Shown one piece after another: positions 10,991 through 25,700 of a DNA stretch of 64,000 bases. The notes under the pieces were generated by a model, which worked only from the letters and a program-made list of their open reading frames with translations, was not told the origin of the DNA and made no database searches. Made by a program: the position numbers and the translations under genes. Each line of letters starts with the position of its first letter. The stretch's first letter is position 1. This DNA is from Selaginella moellendorffii (Eukaryota > Plantae > Lycopodiophyta), in NCBI RefSeq assembly GCF_000143415.4, contig NW_003314299.1, forward strand, positions 314,979 to 378,978, in the 5' to 3' direction.

Positions 10991-13647
10991 CTTTTTTGGT
11001 TTATTCATTAACACTTGGAATAGATTGTTGGATGAAAAAGGTATGTAATTAAGGCATTGACATCACTAGCACTTGTGTTAGTGGAAGTAGTATTGTTATT
11101 TCGAGTGATGATGAATTTTCCTTAAACCTTGATTTTCTATATCATTTTTTTTGTTAGTGTTTTGGCTTCACATTGGATCTTGAAGATGGCTGAAGAAAAG
11201 TGTTAGTGTAATATGGATATCTGAAAATGTGGTCTTCATGATCAAGCCTTGGATGTTCACTTTGCATTTTATGGATGTTGATGTTGAATGTCAGAAATAT
11301 GGGCATGATGTTCAATGCTTAAGCATAATGTTGGGTTATGAGAAATTGTGTTGAGGTGAACCTATATAAAGTTCTAAGTAGGAGGAAGTTGGTTGAGTCT
11401 TGAAAATTTACATTCCTAGACTAATAGTCATTCTTTTTCTAAGATGGAAAATTTTCCAAAAATTTTCTTAAACTTTTCCAATGGCTGATTTGTTGATCAC
11501 TTTGCTCAAAAACCATTCTATTTTTGTAAGCCAATACAAATTAGTGAAGGGGTTAAAATTGACTTTGGTGAGCTTAGACCTTAGTCAGTAGTTTATATTA
11601 TACAACCCGAAAGGGATGCTAACTTTTGGGGCTAATTGAGTTGGATAGAGGTTGGAATTAGTGTAGAAAAGTGGCCGTTGCACTTTTCTTGAAAGGTGAC
11701 CCTTGTGCCTTTCTTTTATAGTGTTATACTAGGTGGTAGATTGCACCTTGCATTTTGTTAAACTCTATGAGAGTAGTGAGCTCTCATTAATCTTGATTTA
11801 GTCTAGGTAGCTTTGTGTCTTGACTGAGGATAATGATGTCCAACTTAATTATTTGAGGTTGAAATGTTGATACCCATACTATAGCCTTGTCTATTAGGAG
11901 GTTGTGTACCAATATGAGTCCATCTTATGGTCTTCACTTTAGTTTCAGCTGAGAGTTGATAATGCATAGCTAGCCTCTTCAAGGCATGCTCAGAGCTATT
12001 AGCTAAATGCATTAGTGAACTTATTGCGATTAAGTTGAATTTGAGTGGTCATTTAATTCATGTTTATTTATGTTCCTATATCTTGTACCTGAAGTATTAC
12101 GTTCATATTAGACAAGTATATGACTCAATGACATGAGTTTAGTGTTAGGTTTTGTGAAGGCAAGTTGAAAAGTGATTGTTGGTTGTTTAATTGCTTATAG
12201 ACTTTGTCTAGGATTGTTAACACTTGCTTCACTCGATAATGATTTAGTAATGATAAACTTACTTTATTGGATGGTGTTGTGGAGGATCATGTTGTGGTTT
12301 GCATGGTTTTCCCATGTTGGCATGTCAAATTTACCTCTATTGATATTATTTAGTTGCGTTTAGTTTGTGGTGTTGGATTTTATTGAGTCTTGGATATTGT
12401 GAATCACTCTTTGATGATGTGTTATCTGTAACTAAGTTTGTTGACAGTTTAATCTCAAATATTAAAGTATCTTTGACTTTGGCTAGCTTGGTTGCTAGAG
12501 AGTTTTGGGTGGTGATTCACTTTGCTTTCTTCTAGCTTTATCCTTATGTTGATGGCATTGAAGCAATGCTCTATCATTGATATTGTTGATATTGGGATTC
12601 AAATGAAATGAGATGTTTCTTTGTAAGATTGATATTGAGTTTTATTAGTCTCGATATAGATAGTGTTAATGATTTAGCTATATCTTTGTGTTATTGGCAT
12701 CCTTGTATTTGCTAGTTAGCAACTATATTGACGTTCAAATGAACTGAGTGGCAAGTTGAATTAATTGTGTTCTAGACGAGATTGCTTAGTCGGGATTGAG
12801 TTCTAAGCTTTTCCTTGAAAAATGATTCAATCGTGGACTATGCTAATTTTACGAGAGGAAGAATTAGTGATTGATATTGAAGATATTGATTCTTTGTTAA
12901 ATTTGAGTTGGGGATATATTGATCATTGATGATTCTTCTTATGTTTATTATGAAATGAGTTATATCTTGTTATAGATGGATTTATGGAGGATCAATTAGA
13001 TGATCACTTGTTGAGCATAGTTTCGCTATGCTTAGTTTTTGGATCGATACAGCCATGCTCTTCATTAACTTTAGCATTATAAAGTTTAATTTATGAATGT
13101 GTTGAAGAAGATATTATGGGTTGTACCATGATATCTTTTTTAGCATTGAAATTAGTTCATGTGAAATTTGTGATCATTGTTAAGCAAGATTTAACTATAT
13201 GCTTCTTCAAGCTTTTGGTTCTTTGAGTTTTCATGTTTATTATTCTATTTGTTAGGAGTTGTTGGGGAAGGCATTTTTGGCTTATTAGCTTCAATGTTGA
13301 AATTAGTATTTATAAATATAGCAATCATTGATGACAAATGACTATCATCTTAGGAAAGTTGATTGTTCTCATTAAAGGATTTGCTTGGTTGTTATTGATA
13401 TAGAATGATTTGTCATTCTTCATGATGGTGGATTCTTTCTTTGATGATGATTATACATCTCTCTATTGATAGAATGATTGATGATCTTTCATGATAGTTA
13501 ATTGTTCTCTTTGATGGTTTTTTACTTTTTGCATTACCACATGTTCTTTGTAGTCTGCTTTGGATTGGTCTTTTGGGTTTAACATATCAATAGGATATTT
13601 CTGATACTTGTTTAAGCAACTCTAGTTCCTTGGTATTGTTAACCATG

Positions 13648-13841
13648 TGTAAGCTCCTGAATTTGGACTTCCCGGGAGGTCACCCAACCCAGTACTATTC
13701 AAACCCAAGGACACTTAACTCCAACTATCCCAAGACCCTTAACCAATTGGAAAAGGGGGTGCACTCTTGTTCATGGGCCCTTTCCCTTTATATTTGAACC
13801 CCATGGATCGTCTCTCAAGTCGTTCCCTTTGGTTGCTTACA
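13648..13841 (-). mobile_element. Cassandra-type TRIM solo LTR (194 bp) containing a 5S rRNA-derived segment
   Basis: TGTAAGC...GCTTACA ends with 5-bp TSD CCATG on both sides. Reverse complement of 13665-13722 (GGAGTTAAGTGTCCTTGGGTTTGAATAGTACTGGGTTGGGTGACCTCCCGGGAAGTCC) matches the plant 5S A-box to C-box region. Confidence 0.9.
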
Positions 13842-14479
13842 CCATGATCTTTTCAAATTAGTTAGTGCGATAGTTGGCATGAATGAGTGTTTGTTGGTTT
13901 TACCATATTCATTTTGTTCTGTTGATTGTTGCTCAAGTTAGTTCTGATATATTAGAATGTTATTTCCTTCAATGATACATTCGCAAGCATTGTGATTGCC
14001 AATTAATGATACTTTGTATTCTTTTAGTAGTTTTTTGTAAGTTGTTTAGCATGCTAACTACACTCTTTGACAGTTAAGTTTTATCATTGAGTTTTCTTGA
14101 TGATACACTTCCTATTGAATTTTGTTGGATAGTGACTCCTATATTTTCCAATGATAGTAATCTTGATAGTCTCTATACTATCATACTAATTTATCGGATG
14201 ATAGCTTACTTATAATACTTTTGGGTTCTAATTTAAGATTTATTCACTGATAATTAAGTCTCTAAGATATCATTGTCTATGACTTTGATATTGTCCATCT
14301 CTTGATTTTTTTGTTTGGGCCAGTATAAGTAGATTGGCTTGGACACTTCGTGTGCATAGTGAAATCTTTAGTCATAGGGTAGCTACTATCGACTAGTCAC
14401 ATCACCCACCTTTTTGTCAATGTTCCTTATTCCATTCAAAGGGTGTGACCATATAAACAACTCTAACTACCTATTTACA

Positions 14480-14740
14480 ATAGTCTATTTAAACTTTAAT
14501 GATGGGTTTGGTTTCTTTTCTCATGAGGGTTGGGGCTTCTGACTTCTCTCTCTATGTCCCTGCGGGCAGGGGCATATCACACTTTAATAAGCTAGGTGAC
14601 ACCCAGAGCAGTAGGGTGGCTAACTCTATTGGTCATTTCCTTGTTGGCGACGGTCGGAAGGTGTCTAAGTTGGTAGCGCATCCACATTAGACAAAGAAGT
14701 TACCCTAATTCATTTAAGTTGGTGCATTTCTCACATAATA
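14480..14740 (+). mobile_element. Fragment of the gypsy family C 3' untranslated region
   Basis: Reverse-complement similarity to ~58700-58960 (CTATGTCCCTGCGGGCAGGG; TAGGGTGGC.AACTCTATTGGTCATTTCCTTGT). Confidence 0.75.
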
Positions 14741-15258
14741 TGGGCCCCTAAGCCCTAGCTTCAACCTCAAGTCAGTTTGGAAGCACCACTAGAGAGTTCC
14801 TTCAAGACTCACTATCCCTACACTTTTGGAACCCCCTACAGCCCCCCCCCCCCCCCCCCCGCTGGGAGACACACACTTTGGGCTTTCACCATACGACCTA
14901 TATTTGTATTTAGACTTGGCCGAGTCCGAGATCGAGTTCGAGACCAAGTCTGAAATTAAGTCCAAGACAGAGTCCGAGGTTGAGTTTGAGATCAAGTCTG
15001 AGATCTCGAACTCGGTCTCGAACTCGATCTTGGACTCGGTCTCAAACTCGATCTTGGAGTCAGTCTTGGATTCGATCTTGGACTCGGTCTCGAACTCGGT
15101 CTTGGACTTGGTCTCAAACTCGATCTTGGAGTTGGTCTTGGATTCGATCTTAGACTCAGTCTTGAACTCGGTCTCAAACTCGGTCTTAGAGTCGGTCTCA
15201 AACTCGATGAACTCACACTTTCGGGGATCCTTTAGCTTACAACATCTCAGGGAGTTGG

Positions 15259-18200
15259 TGTAAGCGACTAAATTTTCCATTCTACTTTAGTCACTTAACC
15301 ACACCTCCGACCACTTGGAGGAGTCTCATTCACAACCTCCATCAGTCCAATCCAGGACTTGGGGACTTGCTAGCCCCGAGAATGGCATCCATGCCACTCA
15401 ACATTTGCACTTGGTCCAAGTGCTCCACGTGTCCGATCCCACGACCGACACTCAAAGGTACCACCGACATAGCAGCCTGTTATGCTAAGGCCATGCCCAA
15501 TCACCTTTGCCACACTGGTAGTCCAATACCACTTGCATCACAGTCTTGGCTCTCCAAGACTAGGTAAACCATCCGTGAGTGGTCATCTCAGATCCACTCT
15601 TTAGCATCCTTAGGATGCCCACCGACAAGGGGAATAGCCTTCCCTAGTATCCCTCTGTCAGTCCCCACCAAGTCCCTTTCTGCCCTTGGCCGTGTTTGCC
15701 AACACTGCCACTGGATCGAGGCCCACAAGCCCGACCACTAAGTCCCATGGTCCTTTGGGACTTCCTCACCACACGACTGCGTCCTTGGTCACTTCTCCAG
15801 AGGACTGCTCCTCTTCCTTTCCACAGTCTGGGCCTTTGGGACAACATTTCGGAACACCGTGGCCTTACGCGAGCCACCTGGGTACTCTCCCCACCTATCG
15901 CCTTTAGGTGCTCTAGCCATGGGCTTAGAGCGAGGTTCCGTTGAGCCACGCCTGGTATCCAAGTAGGTAGTGCCACCCACACTTGGACTGGGAGCATCGG
16001 CCAGTCGATCTCCCGGGGGAACTAGAGCCGGCTCTTGAACACTTCACCAAGCTACCCCGCTTGTCGGTCCGTGTTCACTCTAGTCTTGGACTTCCCAGTG
16101 GGCAGCTCATCACCCAACACTGGGTCCGGCCTTCCTGGGCCAAACTGGCCTTTCCTGGCCAAACTGGCTCCACTGCAGTCCTCCCCCTACTATACTTTTG
16201 GAGCTCACCAAACCCCCCAGGGTCTGGGAGACGAACGCTTTGGGCTTTCACCCTCTCAGGCTCCGGACTCGGACTCAGACTCGGACTCGGACTCGAATTC
16301 GGACTCGGACTCGGGCTCGGGCTCGGTCTCGGCCTCGGCCTCGGTCTCGGTCTCGGTCCCGATCTCAGTCTCAGTCTCGGTCTCGGTCTCGGTCCCGGTC
16401 TCGGTCTCGACTTCGGACTCCATCTCGGACTCCATCTCAGACTCCATCTCAGACTCCATCTCGGGTCCATCTCGGGTCCATCTCGGACTCCATCTCGGAC
16501 TCCATCTCGGGTCCATCTCGGACTCCATCTCGGACTCCATTTCGGGTCCATCTTGGGTCCACCTCGGACTCCATCTCGGACTCCATCTCGGACTCCATCT
16601 TGGGTCCATCTCGGGTCCATCTCGGACTCTATCTCGGACTCCATCTCGGGTCCATCTCAGACTCCATCTCGGACTCCATTTCGGGTCCTTCTTGGGTCCA
16701 CCTCGGACTCCAACTCGGGTCCATCTCGGACTCCACTTCGGACTCCAACTCGAGTCCATCTCGGACACTCCCACGTGTCATGTGTTGGTCCTTTTGGGTC
16801 CCTTTTTGGAGCCTCGCCTTTTGCTCGCTTCGTGCTCGTTCCTTGAGCACTTCGTTGGGAGTTCCACTCCCGCTCTTGACTTTTCAAGTCGGAGCTTTTG
16901 GTCCAAACGTGTTACGCTCGTTTGGCTCTCGTTTCGGCCACTACCATGTGGTGCCCTTCCGGCTCCACTTTGGGGCCTAGGGATTTTGTGTCTCACAACT
17001 CCACCACCCATAGACGAAGTTCGATGTCCTCATCGAACGGTGAACCATTTTATAAAGTAACACCCGCATGTGTTACCATTTCCATCCTTGGCGCGTAGCC
17101 AATATTTGTCAATGGTGTGACATTGAAGGCTCACCATGCCTTCTCCATATTCGTCAATGGTTGGACATTGAAGGCTCACCATGCCTTTTGCATATCCTCT
17201 AAGGAGGGTAGTCTCTCCAACTTAGAGACTGATTGGACCACATATAGTGGTTTTCTCCGTTTTTTTTTTTTTTTTTGGTTTAGTTCTCGCTAAACCTCTT
17301 AGAGACCCTTCTCTAAGTCAATCCCACTACTCCTTCTCGAGTAGTCTCAATTTCCATCGATATAACCTTTGCACTTTAGAACTTTGAATTTTGACTTCTT
17401 GGAGTCAATTTCCTAGGTGTCTCCGACACTTTGCCTTGCACCTTTTGTGCAACTCCACTTCCCATCCTAAGAAGTTCTCTACTCGAGGGCACCATCATCC
17501 TCTCTTCTATTTCGTGCCAAAGTTCCAGTTATCATACTTTGTGCTAGGGCTGTTCATGGCCCTATCATTTGGCTACCTTACCGCTCCCTCCCTTGGAACT
17601 TCCACTTTCGCAAAATCGGAGCATTTCGGAATCCCTCCTTGGAAACACACTTCCTTTCCCGCAACTTGTTAGCGTCCAACACATTAGTGTTCCTCGCCTA
17701 ACTTTGTCACTTGGATTCCTTCCAAGGGATTCCACGGCCCTATCTTGGCCACTCATCTTTTGCTCCTATCCGTTGATTGTTGCACCAAGCAACATCGAAT
17801 CTCTACCTCCCTCCTTGAGGTATTGTTTCGGTTCCATAGCAAAGACTCTTCTTTGCCAAGTCCGGAGGATGTTCACCCCTAGTACGTCTCTTTAGCATCT
17901 TCTGCTATGGGCTCTATCCACGGCCTAACTTCGTGACCCTCCCATGGGTCTTTTATAGAGACTACTTTCCTCGGACTCACTATGCCATCGCACGGACATA
18001 GTTTATTTCCCTTAGGTGCTCTTCCCACTTGGTCATCACGACCAAGCCACACCACCTTAAACAGTTCAATTTCAACATTTTGAACCAGGAACTTCATTCC
18101 TTAGCCAACCAAGGACCTTGTCCTTATCTGGCCATAAGATCATTTAGTGATCTCACCTTGGCACCTTAACAGAGTTGCCAAGAGGTACTTGGTCTTCTAG

Positions 18201-21200
18201 ACCTCCAAGTTGTTGACTATAACCCCGGGGGCATCCCCCACACTTGGCGGTGCACCCAAGCTAGCCCTTACGGCCAAGGGTTCATAGCAACTGAGATTAG
18301 GTGTCCCCATCTCACTCACCACGACCTTGGTGTCACTTGCACCAAAGTGTTCAAGTTAGATATGCTGAGCTTTCACACTAAGCAATCTAACCGTGCATCA
18401 CGACTCCGAGGCATCCCTCGCTTGGCGGTGTGCCCAAACCAGTCTCCCCACTGAGAGTCCATGACCACCGAAATATGAGTGTCCTCATATTCCAAACCAT
18501 CACCACGCCCTAGTGATTTGGGACTCGAACCCAAGCACTAGAGGGTCGGGACTCGAACCCAACCTCCGTATATGCATCTACGGACGGCATCACACAAGAT
18601 GCCTGGCGTGACTCCCCACGCCGGTGCACCAACTTATTTTTAAAGCGCGCTATAGATCACAGCTTAGGAACCTAGTTCCTCCACACTGCCAAGTCCTCTC
18701 ACTTGACATGTCTGTGATCATGCATGGACTCCTCCATGCTCGGCCTCATGGCCCACCCTTTTTGAAGTTATCACCTTCAACTAGGGTATTTGTTCCCCCG
18801 ACGTGCCAATCTCGCTTGGCAAGTCCTCCGACCACTGTAACATGGTTCCTGCATAAGCGTGAAAGTCCTTGACCATCGACTTTCGTTCAAAGCCCTCTCT
18901 TTGAACACTCGGGAACTACTTCCCTAACCTTGATAGCCTTGCCTCATGGCAAGCTTCAAGACCACGCTTCTGCTGTGCCACTCTGATTTCGCGCGTTCCA
19001 TGAACCATTTACACTTGGCCTTTCTAGGTACTAAGCTACCTAGAATCATCTTTGGGAACCTTGAAGGAACTCTGTCCCTCAGCTTGCTAAGGCCTCCCTT
19101 TTTGCAAGCCTTCCAAATGCCACATAGTCTAACATGGACAATTCCATATTTTAGACTCTCCATGGCATCACGGTTGCTAGCGGCAACACCCTCGAGCCCC
19201 CACTTGATTCTCCACTCCCAGCTGGCATAACCAACCTTGGTTATGCCCTTTGATTCCTACAGTTTGGTTCTATCCCCTTCTTGCTTTTTGGCTTCACACC
19301 TTTCCTTTGGTCATTCTCCTCCAGACCAGGAGGATAGCTTTGCACTTTCTATCATGCTTTAGCAAGTATTCTTAGGGATGAACCTACCCAATAGCCTAGG
19401 GAGTGGTTCCTCAATCCGGGTATGCTCACCTTATAATCCCACACACTGGGATTACATTGTTGCTTATGGGCCTTTACATGCCCATCACTAGCCTTGCCAA
19501 AATTCCATTTTTGGCTTTGTCCAACTCGGGTAGATAGTCCTCTCCTGTCTCCGCAACCTTGGACATTTGGATAGCACCTTCTATCCATCATTCGCTAGGG
19601 ACTTAGTCCCTTGGGCTTTATCCATTGCCCTCGCGACATCAAACACCACCTTCTGGTGTTCTAGAGTGTTCGGGTGTCCCAATGATGGTTTTCTTGACAA
19701 TGAGTATTTCCTTTTATGACATTGACTTACTATATCGCAACACAAGCAACTTATCCCCCGTAAGGGTATATCCAACTTCCCTATGCTATTAAGAAGTCTT
19801 GGGTAGCTACCTTCTACCCGTTTAACCAGTTATTTTGCACCTCTTGCTTAGTTGCCTCATAGTTGTCAAGTCCTACAATTCATTGCTTGGTGCTTTCACA
19901 CCTCCATCATTATCTGGGTCACCACACTCCAACTGCATTCTCTGCAGCTTAGGCTATGCTATTCCCATTTCCATTGGGATTCCTTTGGCAAGGGGTTCTC
20001 ATGAACCCACCAACATAGCCTCAAGGTATCACACCTTGGCACATTTGGTGTCTCCACACCATCGGCTCCACGAGCCTACATCTATGACATTTCCCCTTCG
20101 TGTCTAAGTCTTTGCCAAGACCAACACTGCTCTTTCTCATGCCAACCATCCGTTAGCACTGCACCATAGAGGTCACACACAACTTTATGTCAAAGTTGTT
20201 TTCTTCTGGGAACACCTTTCCCATAACTTTAGCATGGCACATTTTGCCATCGATAAGATACCCTCTATTCTCATCCTTGGATCCTATGATCCCCCCCCAT
20301 CCTTTGTGGGGTACAACACACCTCAGTCCAAATGCTTCCATCAGTCCTTTTAGGACCATCCGTTGACTCTACTTGAGTCATCCAGCAGTTTTGAACTTGG
20401 TTAATCCACAGACCCGTAAGGTCCTACTTGTGAGGCACTAGCTCACTGGAATACACTTCTTGCATTCCTGTCCTACTCAAAAGGACTATTTTCACAAGTG
20501 TTACTCCGACACTTGATTTTGTTCTGTGGGGGCAACCTTTGCCCGTTAGGACTACTTGTCCATGTGATGAGAACACCAACTCATCCACTTAATACACCCC
20601 CAACTCCTTGGGTTGTTCCAGCATTTATTAGTGGTAGCCCCGGCTACCTTTTCAAGGACTTGAGTCCTCTTCCGTATTTGACCTCCCACGGTCATTACTT
20701 CTGGTCTCACATTCATGAGCACCAACCTCAACTATATGAGGAAAATGTTGTGACTCCTTTATTGCTTTGGAGTCTTTATCTTTCCCGTGATCCCAACTGT
20801 AGTTGTTTACCACAACTACATTAGCCAGTTTGCTAAGTCAAACGCTCATCTGGATCACATCCTCAACTCTTTGAGGAAAACCATATACTGTTCCCAAGAT
20901 CCCAAAGTCGTTCCATTATTGGCCCTTTTCTATCCACCACCTCGTCTACAAGTTCACACATGAACTGTAATGGAGAGCCATGTCTTCCCGACTTGCTACT
21001 CCTCAAGGATAGGCCCACTCCTCGGACCTTCCGATGCCAACACTAGTGGTGATATACTTGAGCACCAATAAAAGTCGGACTAAGGAACAGCTCCGATACC
21101 AAGTTGTAAGCGACTAAATTTTGCATTCTACTTTAGTCACTTAACCACACCTCCGACCACTTGGAGGAGTCTCATTCACAACCTCCATCAGTCCAATCCA

Positions 21201-22772
21201 GGACTTGGGGACTTGCTACCCCGAGAATGGCATCCATGCCACTCAACATTTGCACTTGGTCCAAGTGCTCCACATGTCCGATCCCACGACCGACACTCAA
21301 AGGTACCACCGACATAGCAGCCTGTTATGCTAAGGCCATGCCCAATCACCTTTGCCACACTGGTAGTCCAATACCACTTGCATCACAGTCTTGGCTCTCC
21401 AAGACTAGGTAAACCATCCGTGAGTGGTCATCTCAGATCCACTCTTTAGCATCCTTAGGATGCCCACCGACAAGGGGAATAGCCTTCCCTAGTATCCCTC
21501 TGTCAGTCCCCACCAAGTCCCTTTCTGCCCTTGGCCGTGTTTGCCAACACTGCCACTGGATCGAGGCCCACAAGCCCGACCACTAAGTCCCACGGTCCTC
21601 TGGGACTTCCTCACCACACGACTGCGTCCTTGGTCACTTCTCCAGAGGACTGCTCCTCTTCCTTTCCACAGTCTGGGCCTTTGGGACAACATTTCGGAAC
21701 ACCGTGGCTTTACGCGAGCCACCTGGGTACTCTCCCCACCTATCGCCTTTAGGTGCTCTAGCCATGGGCTTAGAGCGAGGTTCCGTTGAGCCACGCCTGG
21801 TATCCAAGTAGGTAGTGCCACCCACACTTGGACTGGGAGCATCGGCCAGTCGATCTCCCGGGGGAACTAGAGCCGGCTCTTGAACACTTCACCAAGCTAC
21901 CCCGCTTGTCGGTCCGTGTTCACTCTAGTCTTGGACTTCTCAGTGGGCAGCTCATCACCCAACACTGGGTCCGGCCTTCCTGGGCCAAACTGGCCTTTCC
22001 TAGCCAAACTGGCTCCACTGCAGTCCTCCCCCTACTATACTTTTGGAGCTCACCAAACCCCCCAGGGTCTGGGAGACGAACGCTTTGGGCTTTCACCCTC
22101 TCAGGCTCCAGACTCGGACTCGGACTCGGACTCGGACTCGGATTCGGACTCGGACTCGGGCTCGGGCTCGGTCTCGGCCTCGGCCTCGGTCTCGGTCTCG
22201 GTCCCGATCTCGGTCTCGGTCTCAGTCTTGGTCTCGGTCCCGGTCTCGGTCTCGACTTCGGACTCCATCTCGGACTCCATCTCGGGTCCATCTCGGACTC
22301 CATCTCGGACTCCATTTCGGGTCCATCTTGGGTCCACCTCGGACTCCATCTCGGACTCCATCTCGGACTCCATCTTGGGTCCATCTCGGGTCCATCTCGG
22401 ACTCCATCTCGGACTCCATCTCGGGTCCATCTCGGACTCCATCTCGGACTCCATTTCGGGTCCTTCTTGGGTCCACCTCGGACTCCAACTCGGGTCCATC
22501 TCGGACTCCACTTCGGACTCCAACTCGAGTCCATCTCGGACACTCCCACGTGTCATGTGTTGGTCCTTTTGGGTCCCTTTTTGGAGCCTCGCCTTTTGCT
22601 CGCTTCGTGCTCGTTCCTTGAGCACTTCGTTGGGAGTTCCACTCCCGCTCTTGACTTTTCAAGTCGGAGCTTTTGGTCCAAATGTGTTACGCTCGTTTGG
22701 CTCTCGTTTCGGCCACTACCATGTGGTGCCCTTCCGGCTCCACTTTGGGGCCTAGGGATTTTGTGTCTCACA
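15259..22772 (-). mobile_element. Family B copy B2, complete non-autonomous LTR element (7514 bp)
   Basis: 5' LTR 21105-22772, 3' LTR 15259-16997, tRNA-Met-type PBS TGGTATCGGAGC (21090-21101), PPT ~16998-17011, TSD GTTGG (15254-15258 / 22773-22777). No recognisable gag/pol. Confidence 0.95.
21090..21101 (-). promoter_or_regulatory. Primer binding site (tRNA-iMet type) of B2
   Basis: TGGTATCGGAGC lies 3 nt downstream of the 5' LTR on the minus strand. Confidence 0.85.
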
Positions 22773-25700
22773 GTTGGTTCCTTACAACTCCACCACCCAT
22801 AGAAGAAGTTTGATGCCCCTATTGAATGTGTCTTTTTAATCTTACGAGTTGTTGACCATGTTTTCGAAAGCATCCCCCCACTTAGCAGTGTGCCTAAGTT
22901 AACCTACCTAGGCAAGAGCCCATGACAACAAAATATAGGTGTCCCTATACCCCTCATCTCACCACGCCTTAGTATGGGGTTGGGACTTGAACTCAGCCTT
23001 GCTTTACTAGAGGGTTGGGACTCGAACCCAATCTCCATAGAATACGTTTATGAATTTAACATCCTCATAAAGAGTCGGGTGTAGTTCCTTACATTTGGTC
23101 GACTTAGTTAACCCATGCTAATTAGCTTACCTTCAGCATGCATTCAGGTCCTAATATACAACATTGCTCAATTTCTCAAATAGATTCTATAATTGAATTT
23201 TGCATAAGTATATAGAGTTTTACCTTGCAAAAATTCCTCCATTAAATCTCATGCACTCACTAGATTCTCCTCCAATTTTTATGTTGCTTTGCAGTATGGA
23301 AATCCTTTCCACTTCACATAGAACTCCCTTACCTTGCATCTTTGTCACTTGCTCTTGCGTGCATTGAGGGTGACCTTGATTTCGTATTCCTTTTCCCCTT
23401 GGATAACCTCAGGTAAAAATTTTATTTGGTCTTTGCGAAGTGGATCCTCAAAATACGGCTTAAGTAAGTTTACGTGGAGCACAGGGTGCATTTTCCCCAT
23501 CTCCTTAGGAAGTCAAAGGCAATAAACCACCTTACCAATTCGAGCCTCAATCTTATAAGGCCCTATGAACTTGCTTAAGAAACTCAAGATCAATTCATTT
23601 CTAGAAATATATGCATTTTACCTTTGGGTCAACTTCCAGCTGATCCCACTTGGTAACCTTAGGTTTTTGGTGTTTAGCCACATCTTATCCCCAAGTTGGA
23701 ACTCTACATCCCAACGCTTTTGGTTTATGTATTTAGTTTGCCTTTGTTGAGCCCATTTCAAGGAATCCCTCACTAGATTCCAAATGTTGAGTCTTTCCAC
23801 CGTAAACACCTCCACTATGGTTAACTCTCCATAATACTTTACCACACTGAGTTCCACCAGACCTTTAATAACTCACCCATTGATGACTTCCCATGGACTC
23901 ACTTTGATACTCGAATATGGTGAGTTGTTATAACATATTTCCACAAGTCCCAAATGACTTATCTAATCAGTTTGGTCTCTGGAGACATTGCATCGCAAAT
24001 AATCCTTTAGTTGCCTATTCACGTTTTTTGTTTATCCATCTTTCAAGAAGTGTTAGAGCCATCAAACTTGACTTAATACCCAATACTTGTCTGTGGGTGA
24101 TAGGCTATGCTAAATTTCAACTTGGTGCGATACTATTCTAAGAGAGTTCTCCAGAACCTACTAATGAAAATCTTATCCCGATCTGAGATAATCATTTTTG
24201 ACCTTCTTTGCACTCGAAGCACTTGTTCAAAGAACAGCTTCGCTACACCTTCCGTATCCACTTCTGTTGTGGTGGGTATAAAATATACCATCTTCAAAAA
24301 TCGGTCCACCACCACAAATATCGCATTAAACCCCTCACTTGGGGGGAGTCCCATGATGAAGTCTATCATAAGACATTTCCACAAATGATTTAGAATTGAG
24401 AAGTTTTGTAACAAACCCCCACTAACCTTAGTCACGGCTTTGACCTGCTGATATGTTGGACATATCTCTATATAATCTTGGATGTTATTAATCATGTTTG
24501 GCCAGTGATACTTCCTCTTGAGTAGGCCCATTGTCTTGGGCACTCTGCCATGTCCCACAAAAGGTCCATCATGACACTCATCTAAGGCTACCTTTCTTAG
24601 CTCCCCTTGTGGAATATACACCTTTGTCTGTTTATAATAAATGAGTCCATTGTGTTCCACATAGCCTGGTTTCTCTTCCGTAGGCAGCTCCCCTCTTTGG
24701 TGAGCATCCCGTGCTTTTTAGTTCCTTACAACACTTCTTATGTTAAACCATCATTCTCATATGTTGTCCGCACATCATCCTAAAAGGTTGCTAGCGTGCT
24801 GGATATCGCCAACTTCAAGCTTGCTTTTCAACTTAGAGCATCTACCATGATGTTGCTCTTCCTAAGTTTATATAGAATCTCGCAATCAAACTCAGCCAAA
24901 GCATTAGCCCACCAAAGAAGTGTTTCATTGCCACATTTCCCATGTAAACTTTGAAGTGTCTCCAAAGGTAGTTTTGCTACTCCTTGAGCATCTTGACCAC
25001 CGCAAATAGTTTCTTCTCATGGGTAGGCCACTTTTGTTGAGCTTTATCCAACTTCTTTGAGAAGAACGCTATTGGATGGTTATTTTGCTTCAAAACTACA
25101 CCAATGCAAAGTTTGAAGCATCTATTTCTACCTCGAAGTCCTTACCAAAGTTTGATAACACCAACACAAGAGCCTTCCTTAACTTCCTTTTGAGGTGGAC
25201 AAATGTTACTTCGCATTCTATTGTCCATACCATCTTTCTTTTTCATGTTTAGTCTATTAAAGGCAAGATTACTCTCAAATAGTGTTTAATAAAATTTCGG
25301 TAGTAATTGCATAGCCCCAAGAATGCCCTTAACTCATGTACATTCGATGGTCGTTCTCATTCCTGGATTGTTTGGACCTTCTCAAGGTCCACCTTAAGCC
25401 AATTCTTCCCCACCACATGCCCGAGAAACTTTACCTCTTATGAGCAAAATCACATTTGCTCTCTTTAGCATACAGCTAGTATTCTCTTAGTTTTTTAAAC
25501 ATCTTTGTCAAGTGTTTAGCATGCTCCTCTAGTGTCTCGCTATAGATCAAGATGTTGTCAATATAGATGCCTATGAAATGATCTAGATAGGGTACAAAAA
25601 TGTGGTTCATTAGCACCAAGAACATCACTGGTGCATTGCATAGCCCAAAGGGCATCCCTAGAAACTCAAAGCTTCCATACCTTGTCTGACAGGTTGTCTA

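Noticed and set aside
13665-13722. 5S rRNA gene
   Set aside because: Only the internal ~58 nt match, and they sit inside a TG..CA LTR with a TSD.
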